DNA from: Eledone cirrhosa
Taxonomy: Eukaryota
Assembly: GCA_964016885.1 (NCBI GenBank)
Contig: CAXHJY010001534.1
Coordinates: forward strand, 1 to 64,000
Direction of reading: 5' to 3'
Length of the DNA: 64,000 nt
The notes beneath the pieces are model-generated. The model worked only from the letters and a program-made list of their open reading frames with translations. It was not told where the DNA came from and searched no databases. The translations under genes were made by a program, and so were the position numbers. Shown piece by piece: positions 56,362-64,000 of this stretch. Within the stretch, counting starts at the first letter, position 1, and every line of letters starts with the position of its first letter.

Positions 56362-56420
56362 AGTCTCTGTGGCCACGTGGTAGGAACTAGAGACGGTGGA
56401 GATCCTGGTCTTGGGTTCAT
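56362..56420 (+). ncRNA. Third, truncated tRNA-like copy
   Basis: Direct repeat of 56102-56159 ending in (CA)n. Confidence 0.45.
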
Positions 56421-56804
56421 ACACACACACACACACAGATACACAGATACATATCTACACACACATATACATACAAATACACACAAACAAACACACACAT
56501 ACACACAGATACATATCTACAAGTACACGTACACATACACTCACATCTACACACACATATATACACACACACACACAAACACACAAAGATACACATATAC
56601 ACACAGATACATATCTACACACACACACACACACACACACGTACACGTAGACACACATACACACACACACATATCTACAAGTACACGTACACACACATAC
56701 ACATATCTACACACACATATATACATACAAATACACACAAACAAACATATACACACACACACACACATACATATCTACAAGTACACGTAGACACACACAC
56801 ATAT

Positions 56805-56837
<33 letters not shown>

Positions 56838-57349
56838 TACATATCTACAAGTACACGTAGACACACATACACATATCCACACACACACACACATACATAT
56901 CTACAAGTACACGTACACACACACACATATCTACACACATATATACATAAAAATACACACAAACAAACACATATACACACACACAGATACATATCTACAA
57001 GTACACGTACACACACACACACATTACACACACACACACACACATCTACACTACACTCAACACCACACAACCACCACAACTAACACCTAAACTATCTAAT
57101 CCACAAACTCGAAGCCATTATCAAGTCCATCCCTACTTTCTCTCCAAGGACACACACACCGCCAGCCCTGCCCAACCCTGTCTGACGACAATGGGCTTGT
57201 GCTTGTCTGCCCCTCGTTAAAGCTTTGTCCGATTAACGGCAGGAGGCGCTTTGTGACAAGTGTAGATAATAGAGATTACGATGGCTGTTTTGTGTAGAGG
57301 TGGTGGTAGTGTTGATATACCAGTATATATGTATATATATACATATATA

Positions 57350-59450
57350 CATACAACACATATATATATATATACATACATACATACATACATACACATA
57401 TATATACATACATACACATACACATATATATACATACATACACATATATATATATATACATACATACACACATATATATATACACATACATACACATATA
57501 TATATATACACATACATACACATATATATATATACACATACATACACATATATATATATACACATACATACACATATATATATATACACATACATACACA
57601 TATATATATACACATACATACACATAATATACACATACATACACATATATATACACATACATACACATATATATACACATACATACACATATATATACAC
57701 ATACATACACACATACATACACATACATACACATATATATACACATACATACACATATATATACACATACATACACATATATATACACATACATACACAT
57801 ATATATACACATACATACATACACATATATATACACATACATACATACACATATATATACACATACATACATACACATATATATACACATACATACATAC
57901 ACATATATATACACATACATACACATATATATATACATACATACACATATATATATACATACATACACATATATATATACATACATACACATATATATAT
58001 ACATACATACACATATATATATACATACATACACATATATATATACATACATACACATATATATATACATACATACACATATATATATACATACATACAC
58101 ATATATATATACATACATACACATATATATATACATACATACACATATATATATACATACATACACATATATATATACATACATACACATATATATACAT
58201 ACATACACATATATATATACATACATACACATATATATATACATACATACACATATATATATACATACATACACATATATATATACATACACATATATAT
58301 ACACATATATACACATATATATACATACATACACATATATATACATACATACACATATATATATACATATATACACATATATATACATACATACACATAT
58401 ATATACATACATACACATATATATATACATACATACACATATATATATACATATATACACATATATATATACATATATACACATATATATATACATATAT
58501 ACATATATATTTACATATATACACATATATATATACATATATACACATATATATATACATATATACACATATATATATACATATATACACATATATATAT
58601 ACATATATACACATATATATATACATATATACACATATATATATACATATATACACATATATATATACATATATACACATATATATATACATATATACAC
58701 ATATATATATACATATATACACATATATATATGCATATATACACATATATATATGCATATATACACATATATATATGCATATATACACGTATATATATGC
58801 ATATATACACGTATATATATACATATATACACGTATATATATACATATATACACATATATATATACATATATACACATATATATATACATATATACACAT
58901 ATATATATACATATATACACATATATATACATATATACACATATATATATACATATATATATACATATATATATACATATATACATACATATACATATAT
59001 ATATACATATATACATACATATACATATATATATACATATATACATACATATATATATACATACATATATACATATATACACATACATATATACATATAT
59101 ACACATACATATATACATATATATATATACATATATACACATATATATATACATATATACACATATATATATACACATATATATACATATATATACATAC
59201 ATACACACATATATACATATATATACATACATACACACATATATACATATATATACATACATACACATATATATACATATATATACATACATACACATAT
59301 ATACATACATACACACACATATATATACATACATACACACATATATACATACATACACACATATATACATACATACACACATATATATATACATACATAT
59401 ACATATACATAAATAAATATACATATATATACGATAGATATATGCATATA
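57350..59450. repeat. ~18-bp TA/CA minisatellite with gradual unit turnover
   Basis: ATATATACACATACATAC grading into ATATATATACATATATAC units. Confidence 0.9.
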
Positions 59451-59837
59451 TATATACACACATACATAAACACACACCCATACATAAACACACACAAACA
59501 CACATACATAAACACACACCCATACATAAACACACACAAACACACAAACACATATATATATATATATAAAATTAGTGACTGATAAGTATTTCAGAAGGCC
59601 GGTACATATATATGTAACGGATAAAATTTGATATATAAAACAAAACTTTGCTATTGCCCGATATATTTCAAGGTTAATACACTTTTGTCAAATACAAAAC
59701 CTAAAACAACGGAAAACGAAGTCGGAAGAGTACAGCTCCAAATGGATTACGTTTGGAATATAAGTATGTATGTGTGTGTATATATATATATATATAACAC
59801 AATTATAAACATGTTTATGTAGATTTATACACATCTC

Positions 59838-63005
<3,168 letters not shown>

Positions 63006-63043
63006 CTGTATACATGTTTATGTAGATTTATACACATCTCTGC

Positions 63044-63077
<34 letters not shown>

Positions 63078-63209
63078 CTGTATACAAACATATATATACA
63101 TATATACACACACACACACATATATATACATATATACACACACATACATATATATATATACAAACACACATATACATATATAAACATATATACATATATA
63201 TATACAAAC

Positions 63210-63255
<46 letters not shown>

Positions 63256-63573
63256 GTATATACACACAAACAGATATACATGCATATATATATATATATA
63301 CATACACACTAATTCACAAAAGCGCACCAGTAAAAAATGCGCACGAACACACACTCTCTCTCTCGGACTCTCCCTGAGGATTTAGGAATCATGATAATTT
63401 CGTAGATTTCCAACGTTTATCAGGTTTTTTAGTCTCGTAATTCTGGGGGAGGCGAGAAGGCGTCGTCGGCGGGGAGGGGGGTTAATGGAGGGGGGAGGAG
63501 AAGTGGTGGTGGAGAAATTGGGGGAGGAAGCAGGAGGGGGCACAGAGGGGGGGGGGGGGGCAAATATGGGTAC

Positions 63574-63612
<39 letters not shown>

Positions 63613-63614
<2 letters not shown>

Positions 63615-63752
63615 TAAACATGGATTGCCAAATAAATTAACTATGGAGATATAAAAGATACGGAAGTGAAAACCAACCAAACAGTGAGTGTGTTCTGTTA
63701 TTATTTCTGGCAATATTATTACAACAATATGTCCCTCCCCAAGTATAACAAT
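63613..63752 (-). mobile_element. Family A element, linear form
   Basis: Homologous to 42117-42250. Confidence 0.75.
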
Positions 63753-64000
63753 ATATATATATATATATTTATATGACTACCATATATATATATATATTAT
63801 TTAATATCGTTAATATCGTAAATATACTCCAAATACTTGTTGAGTGCTTTTATATCAGTTATAAATATTTACTCGTAACCCAACAATTTAAATAAAACTT
63901 TGCATATATATATATATAACAATATATTTAGAAACACACAGATACATGCGGACACACACATATACATGAATGCATCCGCACCCAACCGTGAGTTAAGGAT

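Noticed and set aside
57217-59582. Very long ORFs (700-780 aa) on both strands
   Set aside because: Translations of a TA/CA minisatellite that lacks stop codons in several frames. The same applies to all YI/CV/HT ORFs in the track.

Overview
Eukaryotic, extremely microsatellite-rich non-coding DNA, probably intronic or intergenic. The repeat families suggest an octopus/cephalopod genome (inference from recalled SINE and MITE sequences, not from a search). No host protein-coding gene is supported: nearly all listed ORFs are translations of (TA)n, (CA)n, (TACA)n and trinucleotide repeats. The islands between microsatellites hold two or three tRNA-derived SINE families, 3' fragments of RTE-clade LINEs (one amplified into a 16 x 81-bp array), a CRE-like restriction-like-endonuclease LINE remnant, a probable solo LTR, a Tigger-like MITE and a piggyBac-end-like satellite. 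There are three main non-obvious signals. (1) Three well-formed minimal type I hammerhead ribozymes with self-complementary stem III, of the Penelope-like/retrozyme type (21005-21047 minus; a divergent inverted pair at 39649-39857), plus one degenerate copy at 49468-49518. (2) A (TA)n-embedded repeat family that looks like a palindromised half-hammerhead. (3) Pervasive, copy-specific fold-back palindromes affecting several unrelated element families next to (TA)n tracts. The window also has a convergent pair of tRNA-like Pol III units and a 3.15-kb almost pure A/T expansion inside one copy of a small tandem duplication.
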